64,000 bases of DNA from positions 12,152,001-12,216,000 of the forward strand of contig JBITNC010000001.1 in NCBI GenBank assembly GCA_050084985.1, given 5' to 3'. The stretch's first letter is position 1, and each line of letters opens with the position of its first letter. Below the pieces are notes generated by a model. That model saw nothing but the letters and a program-made list of their open reading frames with translations. It did no database searches and had not been told where the DNA came from. A program made the translations under genes and the position numbers. This DNA is from Nageia nagi. Taxonomy: Eukaryota; Plantae; Pinophyta. This document shows, in pieces, positions 25,750-40,022 of the stretch.

Positions 25750-28201
25750 CATTGTTGTAGTTTATATTAGGGCCAACTTAAACCATCATTAAAATCTATC
25801 ATCTAATATAATTTATGATGGTTCTTAAAACCCCCTCTCAAAATCATCCTTTAATATGTATAATAATGGAGGTTATAAACCTTGTTAGGAAACCACAATA
25901 AATTCATTACCATAAAATCTTAATTTTGGTGTAGTGAAGTTGCTTCCCAAATACTTCATTAGATGAAAGAGTATAAGGGCATCCTTGATATAGTCATAAA
26001 TTGCATATATTTACTAAAACATTTTCAAAATTTCAATTCCTTGGTATTCATAATTGAATTAAAATTTAAATTATTGAAATTAAGGTGGAGAATGAAAGAA
26101 AATAATATTCCATGGTTTGAATATTTAAATTTTGATATTAGCATTTTTGCCCTATCTCTCTTCCACCATTGGCTACTAGTGGACTACTATTTCAACTACC
26201 CACTTTAACTTAGTTTGAAAGCATGTAGTTGATCTTTTAATTCTCACAATTTGATCTTATAACTATCAAATCTTCTTCTTCTATGAAGAATTGCCATCAA
26301 TAGTGTTTTGTTGACTTAATATACATGTACCATACATTTTGTTAGATTATAGTCCCTTACACACCACTTCTCCACTCAAGTAAAATAAAGGAATATTTAC
26401 CATCATTTTATTATTATTTGGTATTTATTTTTCACCAAAATATATCAAGAGAAAAATATTTGCAACTCTTTGATATGGCTATGTGGTGTGCTTCTATTTT
26501 TAATCATGTCTGTATGAAAAAACACTTGTAGATCTTTACATAAGTTATATAGAGAAAAATCAAGGTAATATTAATATATTTGGTCACATTTTATCTTGGT
26601 GAGTATTTATTAATTTTTCATTTTATGCAAAAACTTTATATATTTTCATGGTTGTCCCAAACTATTCCTTTTTCAAATCAATTTTCTTTTGGAGTCTATA
26701 AAATTTGTTCTATACATCCTTTTGGCGTGATTTTTTTTCGATGGCTACCTTCAATAAATTTACAACCTTATATACCATGATACACTTTGTATTTTAATCA
26801 CCTTCACAATCCATAATTTTTTGATCTGCACTTATGTAATCCTAGTCAATAAGCCATATGAAGTGTTTTGTTTCCAACTATATTTTGACCTATCGAATAT
26901 CCTATATATGCCATTAACCTTTTACCATTGGATATGTATTTTCATTCTATTTCCAATGGTATATAACACTCCCATATTTTGATAAATATTGACCAAGTTA
27001 CATCACTTTTTGTGACCACATATAACCAATTGTTTCTTTATCATGGATTTGTATTTTTTTACTATAAGGGACCAATAATATAGCCTTTATCTATGTCCTA
27101 AAACTAGATCCTATATTTTTAATGTCACCCTTAATAAAACCTTATACATCATACATATTTACCACTTCATCCACTTAGGAGGCCTATATATGGTCCAAAA
27201 AGATTCATATCTACCCCTATAACATCAAAGTGATATTTTCAAAGATACATAACTCCATTTTATTCATATGAGTACTCATTGAAAAGTTATATTTGATATA
27301 TATCAAAATATATAAAAAATTAACATCTAGGAGAACCTAATTTTATTGTATAGCCTCTAAAATTCCTAATAGTTGTATCTTTCAAATAGAATAAAAATTT
27401 AGACATGTATTCTATATAAATAGACCTTTCCAATGGTTTAAAGAATTCATAAAATGAAGTTAAAAATCAAAAGATATTATCTCTACAAGTTGATTGATTT
27501 TTATAGGACTGTAGCTAAATTTTTCATGATATTTAGATATTTTGTTATCCCAACAATGGAAGATTCAGACCCCACATTTTTTAGAAATACAATGCATAAA
27601 AAAACAAGCTATCACAAGTTTACAATTTACCACATTGATATCAAATTCTTGCAATAACATCAACCACTTAGCTACTCTTCCTAATAAATATTTTTTTGCT
27701 ACAAGATATTTCAATGGGTTAACCAGGCTAACAACATATGTAGTGCAATATAAAAGATAGTACCTCAATTTTTCTATAGTAAAAATGATACCAAAGAAAA
27801 GCTTTTCCATGTGTGTATATCTAGTTTCATAATCAATGGGAGTTTTTCTAAGGTAGTATATTTACCTTTTTTTGTTCTCATCATCCTTCTAACAATAGTT
27901 TCCCCAAGGCATACAATGTGGTTGATATATAAAGATAAGTTGGCTTTGCAAAATCCATAGGCACTAAAATGAGAGGATTTAACAAGTATTGTTTTATTTC
28001 CTTGAATTATTTTTGACACTTTTCATCCCATACAAAATTGAAATCCTTTTTCAACAAATGAGTAAATGGCCTACATTTATCTCCATGTTGGGAAATGAAT
28101 CCTTTTACTAAATTAATCTTACCTTAAAGACTCTTTAGTTGCTTGAGATTCCTTGGAATGGGCATGCTTACTATGGATTTTAATTTCTTATGATCCACCT
28201 C
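25750..28201 (-). pseudogene. Tat-like gypsy pol: RT end, RNase H and integrase, heavily decayed
   Basis: EVDHKK..IVSMPIP.NLKQLKSL.GKIN; KLRYYLL...NPLKYL....L.GRVAKWLMLLQEFDI; integrase-like remnants down to ~25900. Confidence 0.8.
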
Positions 28202-28844
28202 AAAAAAAGAGTTTCATTGTAGTATGCTACTAGGTGGAAGAAGTCTACTACTGGGTGGAAGCAGAATGCTACCAAGCAAAGTAGTCTTCTACTGGGTAGC
28301 AATAGCCTACTACTAGGATGTGAATTTAGCTGCAAGAGACTAATTAAATAGACTCTAATTATAAATGAAATATAATGGAAGAAAATTGTAAAATGATACT
28401 CTTCTCATTCTTGAATTCACTCTAGCTCTTTAAAAGAATACAATCCATCATATAGCAACCAAAAAACTAGAGAAACTGTAAAATCATCTATTTCTAAAAA
28501 TAGCTAAAAATAAAAATAAGTTGGATTATACCCAAAATTGGCATACACATCCCTCTTAAAATAATAAATATTAATTTAAAATATAAAAACTCAACTTAAT
28601 GTATAAAAAAAGATATTAAAGTTATAACATACAAAAAAGCTTAAAAAGTTTGAGAACATAAAGCAAACGCTAATTTTGGGATGCTATATGGAGGAGTCAG
28701 GTATCAAAAATATAATTTTTAGAGGATTTAGCATAATAAATTTAAGCCATATGCAAAACATGCACATGATTCCATGTTTTAAATTTCAAGAAAAATAGAC
28801 ATCATGATCAAAAGTTATGGCTCTACTAAGGTGCATCATACCAG

Positions 28845-29280
28845 ATAGTAGTAGGAAGTATGCTATCGAGCGGTAGCAGTATGCTACCAATGGTAATAGT
28901 AGGCAATAGAATGCCACTATATGGTACCAATATGGCTCCATGTAGGAGCAAGATGTTTCCTTATGATAGAAGGATGGCTTCGCACAATAGCAAGATGTCA
29001 TCATGCAGTAGTAGGATGCCACCGTGCAGTAGCAAGATGCCATCGCACAGTAGAAAGATGTCACCACATGGTAGTAGGATACCATAGAGTGATAGTAGGA
29101 TATCATTGCATTATAGTAGGTTTTTTTTGGGTGATATAAGTTTTCTTCCATGCAAAATTAGCTTACTACCATTCGAAGGCAAAATGCAACTGTTTGAAGG
29201 TAGAATGTGATCATTCAAAGATAACATGCTACCATTCGAAGGTAGACTACTACTATATTTAATACATGCTACCATAAGGT
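28845..29280. repeat. 21-bp minisatellite with internal palindrome (GGTAGCA-nnn-TGCTACC); related copies at 28218-28320
   Basis: For example cggtagcagtatgctaccaat followed by gtagtaggatgccaccgtgca-type units. Confidence 0.8.
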
Positions 29281-29506
29281 ATTTGTATGGAGTTATTTCA
29301 TTAAAATATAAATAATAATTTGTAATTTCAAGGCAAAGTTGGCTATTTATTATTTCAAAATATTAGCAATTTAATAAAAATTTAATTTAAAATTTAAATT
29401 TGTCTTGGCGACTCGGATAAAAAAAAATAGTAATAAAACTTTTTGGTGACATGGTTATTGTTCTAATGAAAGAAAACATTCCCCACTTTGTAGTGAATGT
29501 AGTTTT

Positions 29507-31027
29507 ATGCTAGGAAAAGATTGGAGAAACCCTGCAACTACTATTGTGTGCACGATGCTTGGGCCCCAATACATGGCTATGGGCACGGGGGACCCCTCAG
29601 ACCTCCCACAGAATGCTTCCTTCTGTGATGTTTTACGATCAAGATCATCTGGAGCAGGTTGTGGAACAAACAAGCCAAGATTTCACCGTATAAATATGCC
29701 AAAGTTTGAGCCATGGAAAATTGATTCTGGTTGTCTACATGGTACATTTGAGATCCCTGAAATAACTATTCATAGTGATAGCGTGCATGATGAAATTAGT
29801 TTACTGGAAACTAGAGCATTGATTTGCAAATTTTTGGGCTCCTGCTCTCCCTTAGCAGTGATCAAACACTGGGTTACAAATGCTTGGAAGGTTCAAGGTG
29901 AGATCTGTCTAAGCTTTTACCCGAATGGCTATTTCATTGCCTTATTTGCCATAGAAATAGATAGAGATATGGTCTTTGAAGGTGGCCCATGGTTCAATGG
30001 TAATGCAGGGCTCTTCATGAAGCCCTGAAATATAGGGTTCAAATTGGATAAAGAGTATCCCTCCTCTACTCTTGTTTGGGTACATATCCCAACCCTCCCA
30101 AGGGAACTCTGGAAGGAGGATATATTCATAGCCATTGGTAATGCCATAGGGGCATTCATGGGGGTCTCAGAGAAGACATGGAAACTAGACTCTCTTGGTT
30201 ATGCTCGGATCTGTGTCTACATAAAAACTAATTCTCCCTTGCCAGCCCAAGTTAAGATCAACCTACCCAAGGATGGCCTAACCTACCTCCAGAATATAGA
30301 CTATGAGAACCTCCCCTTCCATTGTCAGATCTACTCAGAATATGGGCATCTAGCCAAAGCTTGTCCCCTAGCACAAAAGGTCAGTAATAGCCTAGAAATT
30401 CCCAATGGAGGCTTCCAAGAACCCAAGTGAAAACACCAAGCACTGAAAAGATCCACCCTTGATAAGGATTCCTGATCCAGCAATCATTTCCAAATACTTC
30501 AAAATGTAAAGGACACCTCCAACCAAGAATCTATAAAAGTTCCAACCCCCCCAAATCTTCAACAAGATCCTCAGAGTAATGAACTGCAATAAGAAATAAC
30601 TACAGAAACTATGAACTCCCCACATGCTAATCCAGTGCAGAGAATTGGTAACATACAAGAGCAAATCTTCTCTTATTCTGATACAGATCTCACCCCCATA
30701 ATGCAACCAAATCAGATAGAAAATGTTCTATAGGAAATGGACATGAATATGGAAGACCTTGTAGGCATGGATCAAGGTATGGAGCTAGCCAAAGTAGCCT
30801 CACCAAATGATAAACCCAAGCATATTCACAGTAGGCAACCATCCATTTCTATCATAAAGCAAACACCATCCTACCTAAAAATTGTAGTAGTTGGTCAAAA
30901 CAAGCTCAAAGGTAGAACATCTAACCAAACTAAGCATTCTCAAGAAGCTATGGCAAGTATAGAAATTGGGAGTCAGACACGATTGGAGGAACTCCTTGCC
31001 TCCAAAAAACACCAGGTTTCCCAATGA
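29507..31027 (+). pseudogene. LINE ORF1 (DUF4283/RRM-like domain and zinc knuckle)
   Basis: LICKFLG...GYFIALF...DRDMVFEGGPWF..; VWVHIPTLP.ELW; YARICV; DYENLPFHC..YSEYGHLAKAC; in-frame stops. Confidence 0.9.
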
Positions 31028-34000
31028 TTATTACATCATGGAATACTAGGGGCCTCCACGACCCCAAGAAAATCTGACATGTAAAAGCTCTAGTTAGGTC
31101 AATTAATCCTGCAATTCTCCTTATCTAGGAATCTAAGATGATGGCTACAGAGGTTGCAAAATATAGAAATAATTTTGGTTTAGAAGCTCTTTTCTTGCCA
31201 ATGACCCAAATGGTCAATCTGGTGGAGTTATTACTTTATGGGATCCCTCTAAGGTCTCTTGCTCCTTAGACTCTGTTCAGGAATCTTAGCTAGCAGTTTT
31301 GGTCAAGTGTAATGTCATAGGCTCCTCTTTTGGTCTCTTAAACTTTTATGGTCCTCAACAAATGGAGAAGAAAGTGAAGTGTTGGGAGCAAATATCAATG
31401 TGGCTAACAGCCCACTCTACTATACCTTGTGTAATAGGTGGGGATTTCAATGCCATTAGATCCCTAGATGAGAAAAAGGGAGGCTCACGTAATATGGATA
31501 GGGGTGATGACATCCTTAACCATTTCATTGACTCTCAACAACTAATAGAACCTTTTTGTATTCAAGGAAAATTCACTTGGTCAAATGGACAATCAAATGA
31601 AAAGCAAATCCTCACCAAGCTTGACCAGTTCTTGCATACTACTCATTGGATTGAACAGGGAATCATTACTCAGATGGAAGTGCTAACACATGGTGGCTCT
31701 GATCACTGGCCAGTATCCTTGCATGTAGAAACTCCAGCCAAATGCAAAGGTTCTCCCTTCTATTTTGAGTGTATGTGGCTCTCCCATCCCTCTTTTGAAG
31801 AACAAGTGGAGTCTTGGTGGTTTGAAGATATGTGGGTGAAAGGGTCAAAGATGCTTAAGTTTGCAACTAAGATTAGAAAACTTAAGGATAAGATTAAAGC
31901 ATGGAACAAGAAATGCTTTGGGGTTATTTTTGATAAAAGAGCTTGTTTAGAATTAGAATTGGCTCATATTGAAGTAGCTCTCCAAATTGCACAAACTGAA
32001 GACCTCCTTAAACATGAACAACAGACTCTCCACCAATTGGATACGGTATACCTTCAAGAGGAGATTCACTGGAAGCAAAAATCATGCCTCCACTAGTTGA
32101 AAGAAGGAGATAAAAACACCAAATATTTTCACATGACAACTATGGCTCACCGTGCCAATAATAGGATAACAAGGTTGATTACTCCCACAAATAGCACTAT
32201 TACTAACCTAGAGGACTTGGATGCCCACATTGTCTCTTTTTTTCAGTCCTTGCTTAGTGAAGAAGCCATTAGTTGAGAGGAAGCCCAACAACTATGCCTA
32301 GACTTCATCCCATAGCTCATTTCTCCAGCCATGAATTTCAAGCTTATGGCACCTGTATTAGAGGAGGAGGTTGAAATGGCAGTGTTTCAAATGAAAAGTT
32401 GGGGAGCCCCAGGCCCTGATGGTTTCCCTCCAGGGTTCTACCAACATTTTTGGCATTTACTAAAGGTAGAAGTAGTGGAAGTTGTCAAAGAATCATTTAC
32501 CTCAAAACAAGTTCTGAGTAGGTTCAACCATACATTCCTGACCCTCATACCTAAGTCAGAAGATGCAAAATCTATTGATGCATTCAGACCTATGTCTTTG
32601 TGTAATTCGATATACAAAATTATTTCAAAAGTGGCTACAAATAGGCTCAAGGCCATAGTTCCATACATCATCTTTGATGAATAAAAAGCTTTTGTACAAG
32701 GGAGACAGCTAATGGATGGTGCCATCCTAATTCATGAGCTTATTCACTCTCTTAATACCAGGGGGGAGAAGGGATTACTCATCAAACTTGATATGAAAAA
32801 AGCATTTGATAGAATCAGTTGGTCCTTCTTGCTAAAGATTATGGAAAAGTTTGGGTTTGACATTGGATGGATACAGTGGATCTATGCTTTAATTGGCAAT
32901 CCCTCATTCTCTGTGCTAATTAATGGGAGCGCTAGAGGCTTCTTCAAGAGTTCTCGTGGCCTCAACCAAGGAGACCCACTATCTCCATACCTCTTCATCA
33001 TAGTAGCAGAAGCCCTTGGTAGGGGTCTAACCCACTTGCGATCCTCTGGTCACCTAAAAGGCTTACACATCAACCACCTTTGCCCAGCTATCTCACACTC
33101 CCAATTTGCTGATGACACGCTACTAGCTACCTATCCATCCATTCAAGAGATAAACACTATTAAGAACCTACTCAGTACTTATGAAATTGCCTCTGGTCAA
33201 GTAGTAAACTATACAAAGTCAAAGTGGTACAGCATCAACCTAGACCCCATCCTCCTTTAGGTAATGGATAGATCCACAGGTATGACCCTAGACACACTTC
33301 CAAGCATCTACCTAGGTCTTCTCCTTGCTCAAGGTGGAAATGTAGGAGGATTCTGGGACTCCATAGTTGGCAAGTTAAAGTCAAAACTGGAGGTATGGAA
33401 AGGCAAATGGCTCTCTACCACTGGTAGAATGGTAAAAATTAAGGCTATCCTAAGTGCTCTGCCCAATTTTTGGTTGAGTGTTTTTTGGTTGCCAAATAAA
33501 ATTCTTGATCAAATGGAACAAATTATGTGGAATTCCTATGGAATGGTATGTCAGAAGCTAAAAAAATCCACCTAGTAGCTTGGAAAACTATTTGCACAAG
33601 TACTAAGTTTGGGGGGTTGGGTGTCAAATGCTTAAGATTAATGAACCTTGCTCTGTTGGGCAAAGTTGTGTGGAGATGTTATTGCAATCCTTCATCACTA
33701 TGGAGCCAAGCTCTTAGATCGAAGTACCTGGACAACTAGGATCCCACACGAATCTTCACAGTTGAGAACCTGCCTATTAGTTCATTAGTTTGGAATGGTC
33801 TTAAGAAAGCCAGGAATCATGTTCTACAATTCATAAAGTGGGATGTGGGGTCAAGGAAAAAAGCAAAATTCTGGGATGACATCTGGTTACTCCTTGAATC
33901 ACTCTCCAAAAAACCTGAATTTGGTGCACTTAAGACTATCTTGTGCAATCTTTGGGGAGATAGTATTGCAGATTATTATGAGTGGGTGGATGACAATTTA

Positions 34001-34813
34001 GTTAGATATCCAAGATGGAAGAAAGTAATAGGGATCCTCCCTGGACAGGAGGTAGCATCAACTCAGCTTGAATCCATGCTACACAGCCACAAACTCAATC
34101 CAAAAGAGGAGGATAAGCTCATCTGGACACTTACTCCCTCAAGGTCATACACGGTTAAATTAGCCTATAAAGCTTCTCATACTACTGCACACTCCCCTTG
34201 GCCTCCAACAGTTTGGTCCAAAGTGTGGAGAAACAGAGCATGGCCTAAGGCCCAATTTTTTCTATGGACAGCCACTCATGATAAACACCTTGTGGGGGTC
34301 TAGTTGCTCAAACGTGGCTTCTTAGGCACATACAATTGTGTTTTTTGTGGTGAAGCAGAGGAGTCAGGGCCTCACATCCTCTTGCATTGTACCTATGCCA
34401 TGGAAATCTAGTTCAAATTCCTCTACATCTTTGGCTTACAGTGGACTATGCCAAGCAACATAGGGAACCTGCTATTCTCATGGGAATACCCCAAATAGAT
34501 TCAAGTGCCAATGGTAATCTGGAATGCAGCTTCAGTAATGATTTGTTGGAATCTATGGATTGAACAAAATAATCACATTTTTAGAGGTCAACCAAAATCA
34601 GTAGACCAGGTTTGGCATGTTACAGGCAAAAATTTAGCAATGATATGGGCACCCCACATAGTTGTTGATAATGAAACAAGGCAAGAACTATCAAACCTTC
34701 ACCCCTGGGACCACATCCTCTTTGCCTGGCATCTCAAAGTATCAAACACTATCGATGAAGCAACACCAGTTGGATCAGATGACATTACATCTTCTGCTCT
34801 AGCCCATCCATGA
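31024..34813 (+). pseudogene. LINE ORF2 (APE endonuclease, RT, zf-RVT)
   Basis: MIITSWNTRGL; GGDFN; SDHWP; APGPDGF; KLDMKKAFDR; QGDPLSPYLF; QFADDT; C.FCGEAEES..HILLHC; several stops and frameshifts. Confidence 0.95.
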
Positions 34814-35205
34814 ATGAACCTGCATAAGAAGAAATCAATGTATCAAGCTCCAACACTGTTCATCCTACTTTTGCTTACTACATATGCTCCAGGGGGGCCC
34901 CACCATCGACCTTAGTATTCATACTGGTAGTCACAGTAATCTTAGAGGTTTGATTCAGTATTATGTACATGTCTAACTGTGCTCACTGTAGCTTCCATAA
35001 GCTTGACATGTCTTTCAGATTCCTTTGCTGACTCGGTAGTAATGGCCATCATGTAATTTTGTTCGAACTAGTTAATCAATAGAATTTGTTTACTTACCAA
35101 AAAAAAAGACATGGTTATTGTTCTAACCCAAAACATTCACCATTTTCCATTTTTATAATTTCTAAAATTCACTTATTAGTGAATATTCATAGCTAAAATG
35201 ATCCC

Positions 35206-38200
35206 TGCCATGAATACAAGCAAGTTTCTTGAAGTAACACCAAAAGCACACTTTTGAGGATTGAGTCTACGCTTATACCTTTTTAGGATTTAAAATACCT
35301 CTTCAAGGAGCTCTAAATGGTCTTGTCCTTGCTTTTATTTGACCAAAATGTTATCAAAATATACCTCTACTAATTTATGAATGTGCTCATGGAACATGGA
35401 CATCATAGCCCTTTGGTAAGTAGCACCTGCATTTTTCAATCCAAAAGGCATAACCTTCCAACAAAAATTTCCCCATGGTGTAGTAAACATAATATTATGT
35501 TGATCAACTGAATTGATTAGTATTTTGTTATATCCCAAAAATCCATCCATAAAAGATAAAGTGTCATGACCAACAATACTATCCATAATCATATCAATAT
35601 TAGGCAATGAAAAATCATATTTTAGACAAGCATTATTGATATCATAAAAATTAATACAAACCCTTATTTTTCTAGTAGGTTTTGCAATAGGAACAATGTT
35701 AGCCATCCATTTTGAATAATCAATTGGTTTAATGGATACAATATTCAAATACTTCTCTATTTCTTTCTTGACTAACAATGCTTTAGAAGGATACACCTTT
35801 CTTGATTTTTGTTTAACTAGCTTAGCTCCATTTTTAAGTGGTAAATTATGCATAATAAAAAAAGGATATAAACTAAGCATATCATTATAAGGCCAAACCA
35901 AATTCTTTTTGATTTTTAATAAATTTATTTTTTTACCTTTCTTGTTGGGGTGTAGGAAGGGCTGCTCCAACTATGAGCAACCTTTGCTCATCACTTATCC
36001 TAATATTAACATTTATTAGCTCTTCTCTTGGGCATGTTAATTCATCCTTTTTTTGTAGAAATAAAGGTAGCTCTTCTAATCCCTAAATGTCACCTTTTTT
36101 TGTAGAAATAAAGGTTAACTTGAAATATTTTATTAAAATTAACTTCTTGTCCAAAATATGCACACTCATTAAAAATACATTATTTTTTTCATTGGACTTA
36201 GGCAATTTTGAATATGCCACCAAGTATTCTAAAATATCATCATGAGTACTGAAGCAATCAAACTCAAATGGTATACTATACTAAAGCCATAAATCTTCAT
36301 CAATATCATTACAAAGTTCAATCAAATTGCATCCTTTTATAAACTTGATAGGTCTCATTATTTGTTTAGTATTTTGATCACTACCCAATCCATTCTTAGT
36401 TTTTTGAGCTCCTAAAGTAGTAGGAAAAGAAGACATTCCTTGTTTTGATTTACCTAAACCCCCTCCTTTATATTTGCAATTTCTTTCATGTACTAATGAA
36501 CAAAAGGAGATGGTTATGCTTATCACATGATCCTTTATTGATGTATTTGTACTAGATGATATCATCACTACAGAGTAAGATCCTCCATAATTTCCACTTT
36601 TTTCATACCATTAGAGACCTTCAGGTAGTAGAGCATGTGGCTAACAGCCTTTAACAGTAAGAATTTTTTATCACCTAAAATATTTAATGGATGTGAATAG
36701 ATAAATATGTTTGATTATGTATGTTACCATACCTATTTCTACAATCTAAGGTTACTTTTCTACATTTACCACTGGTGTACCTATTTCCAAAGGTACAATC
36801 CCATATCTTGGATAGGTCATTGTGAATAATTCTATGTATATTGCATTACATGAAGCATATAGTTCTAGATCACCAATTATTGTATGTACCTCACCCTAAT
36901 ATTCAAATTTCAATATGCCATGTATAGTATATGGGACTACATCCATATCATGAAGCCAAGGTATTCCTAATAATAGGTTATATGATAACCTAAAATTGAG
37001 TTGCAACTATTTTAACTCCTATTGTAATCAAAATTGTAGCTATCCCAGCTAGCTTTTTGGATGAAATATCATAGGCCCTAATTATGAAAGTAGCTTCTCC
37101 TAAGAGAGGTATTTCTACACCTTTTTCATGAAGTTGTATCAAAAACTTATGAGAACAAACATTAACAGTTGAGCCATTATCTACCAATATTGTTTTTATC
37201 TCTCATCCATATATCGTAGGTGTAATATACAAAGATAGACATTTGATAAGGATTTCTTTACTAAGATTTTCATATTTATAAAAATAGATAGCATCACATT
37301 CCATAATAGATCTAATTTTTTTCTGAAAACATGGTAGCAAACATATTTGTAGGGACTATTTCTTATTTGAATAAAGCATATAATACTTCCATATATGTTT
37401 CAAATATAGATATGAGATCATACAAACTAATATTATCATGAGTAGTTTTCAATTATTCAATAATGCTAAAAGTTTTTAGATCAGGTGGGACACTTACTTG
37501 TTCAATAGTAACCAAATTTGGAATATGTCTTGTACACCCATTTCGTAATCTAGCACAAACTTTTTTATCAATTGAAACTATGTTCTTTATTACCTATAGA
37601 TTTGAATCTTTTTGATCAATTTCATATCTTCTTTGGGAAATGAGATCGAGAATCGCTACCTCCAATGCTTTGCAAATTTTCTAGCATAACCTTTTCTTTA
37701 ATGTTAAGTGCAATAAGCATCAGATTTTTCCATAGAAATACTATCATCTTGTGTTGTTTTCTCTAATGGCTTCAATAAAAAAAAATTTCATTAGATCTCT
37801 CATAATGAACCTTGTTTGAATTGGAAATGTATACTTTTTTCTCTTGTGGTAGCTGATCTTATCAATTTAGATGCAGAGGTAGGTGTATCAACCATATTCA
37901 CTATCTTTTACTCTTTCTTTGTATATGTTATTCGAATCTACTTAGTTTAAGGAGTGCATGTTACTTGAGATCTCCTAACTCAAGAAAACATTTCTCTTTT
38001 TTGTAGCAATTCTTGTACTAATATCGTAAATTCAATATTTTTATTACTTGAAGCATGTAAGTTAATGATTGGCAAAATATAATCTCTGAATATACCATAA
38101 ATTTCACATTGATCCTATTTACTATTAATATATTTCCATACCTTTTTTAACCTTAGAATATACTTCTCTAGAGTTTCACTATTTCCTTGGTACATAGCAC

Positions 38201-38700
38201 ATAACTCTTTAATAGTTCTTTGTTCTTTAACATTATGCTTGTATTGACCCATAAACATCTTTACCAATGGCTTGAATGAATCGATTGATCCCTTGGAAAA
38301 TTATAGAACCATTGACTAGCATCACCTTTTAAACTCCTTGGGAAGAATCTAGCCATCAATCTCTCCATCGATCATAATTTCAATAAGCACTCATCCTACA
38401 AGTTGATAAGTTGCTACTTTGAGTCTTGTTCACCACTAAACATCTTGAACTTGGGGGCCTTGTGCTCATGTGGTGGGGGATAATTATGGATATCTTATGG
38501 CAAGGGTGAGGTGAATACACCATCAGAGTCTTATTTGCTTTGCTAGGATCTTTTACTATTATCAAGATTAGTTAATCATGCAACTAGTGTTAGACCTGGA
38601 ACTGATTGTGAACTACTACTAGAGTTTTGTATTGAGGCCATCATATTGCATAGAGCTTCCAATTCATTTTGCATAGAGCTTTTTCACATGTTGATTATGT
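35206..38700 (-). pseudogene. Tat/Ogre-like gypsy gag-protease-G-patch-RT, same family as 20124-25648 and probably continuous with 25750-28201
   Basis: VDNGSTVNVC protease; KYKGGGLGKSKQGM...GLG G-patch; MDGFLGYNKI...MPFGLKNAGATYQRAM; VYFDNILVK. Confidence 0.9.
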
Positions 38701-38714
38701 TTCATTTGATATTC

Positions 38715-38895
38715 TTTTATAACAACATCTTGATTCTCTTTTATTCTTAGGATCATTGTCCATTACATTATTTGTGGTGTCTTTCTTGATATTTTACACT
38801 CTTTATATCATTTTACCCCCTTTTTACAATAAATATTCATTGATGGTATACAATGAGTTATTTAATAAATAATAATTCATTTTTAAGTGTCTACA
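38715..38895 (-). repeat. Truncated 5' LTR of the Tat-like element
   Basis: Matches 25430-25648 (ttatttaataaataataattcattttta.gtgtctaca); the rest of the LTR and the PBS are missing. Confidence 0.8.
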
Positions 38896-38896
38896 A

Positions 38897-39215
38897 GAAA
38901 ATAGAGCTATAACTATTATAGCCTAGGAAGCAATTTAGCTTAGGCATATTGTAAAAGAAATTGGGTATATACAAGTTGGTCCTTCCTTGATATCTTTAGA
39001 TAATTAATCAGCTATTGCTTTGGCCAAGAACCATGTATTCTATCATATAACAAAATATATCAAAGTCCAAGCATATTTCTTTAGAAAGAAGTTTTGGATG
39101 GCACCTTGTAGCTTTAGTATTATCCATCAAATAAAAACTATGTTGATTTATTCACGAAGCCCCTTTCTAACACTTAGATCTACAAGCTTTGGGGGTCACT
39201 TGGGCTGGTGAAGTT
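38897..39215 (+). pseudogene. Copia RNase H 3' fragment
   Basis: DN.SAIALAKNHVFYHITKYIKVQAYF; followed by the purine tract aaagggag at 39222-39229. Confidence 0.8.
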
Positions 39216-39229
39216 TTCTTCAAAGGGAG

Positions 39230-40011
39230 TGAAGTTTGAATTCTTGTTGAATTCATTTTATTTGTGATGATAACTTCACCCCTACAAGTATCATTTGGCT
39301 GTATATTATTAATATTCATGTACACTTTTATATTTGGTTCTCCATGTGTGAGGAATTAGTATGTGCATGTTGGCATTATTTAGTTATCCACATGAGATAA
39401 ACTTATTTGTACACTTCTTACATTGTTTAGTTATCCATATGTAAGGAACTAGTATGGGCATGATGGCACTATTTAGTTATCCATGTGTGAGAAACTACCA
39501 TGTGCATGATTGGATGTATATCCTATCTTTTGATAATGATCATCAAAACATATGTTTCTTTTACAACAGGTGACTATGAGTTTGTTTGGAATCTTTTTGA
39601 TGACTTATAGTGCAACATTTGATCAGTTTATGGATAGTATTATTTGATTCATTTATATTATGTTGGTATGAATGGATGAGGCATCTAACTAATTTTGTAA
39701 ATGAGCTACTTGTAGCTTATAGGTTTCTTCTTAAGATTGTAGGTTACTTACTTTGAGTTTGTGGGATCATGGAGGCTCATCTTGTCAAATTCTTGTTAAA
39801 GGCTATTTCTAGTATATTGAAATCATTTATAATTGATTGTTATTGTATTGTAAACTATTTGTTAAAATGGTTAAGTAGTTGAGCTTTATCTAGGATCTAT
39901 TACTTCTCAAGATGTAATGTTCTTATCTCCAATTGTATCTATTATGGATGAGAACTCTCTTACTATCTCTCTCTCTCTTTCTATATTCTCTACTCTCTAC
40001 CCAATATTACA
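39230..40011 (+). repeat. Probable copia 3' LTR with internal ~46-bp tandem repeats (39330-39510)
   Basis: TG right after the PPT, ends ...aatattaca; ttagttatcca.. repeated. Confidence 0.5.
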
Positions 40012-40022
40012 TCAAGAGGGAG

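Larger units (their letters stand above)
29467..35107 (+). mobile_element. Full-length plant L1-clade LINE, inactivated
   Basis: 19-bp TSD GACATGGTTATTGTTCTAA (29448-29466 and 35108-35126), A9 tail at 35099-35107, ORF1 and ORF2 present. Confidence 0.96.
28202..35205. mobile_element. Non-autonomous, minisatellite-rich insert (possibly MULE-like DNA transposon, ~1.3 kb) splitting the gypsy RT and containing the LINE
   Basis: Gypsy RT breaks between ...GVTS.NLLVFM (35206) and EVD (28201). The right end reads GGGATCATTTTAGCTA on the minus strand; no matching left TIR found. Confidence 0.4.

Noticed and set aside
28786-29151. Cys/Tyr-rich or Ser-rich ORFs on both strands
   Set aside because: They are translations of the 21-bp minisatellite.
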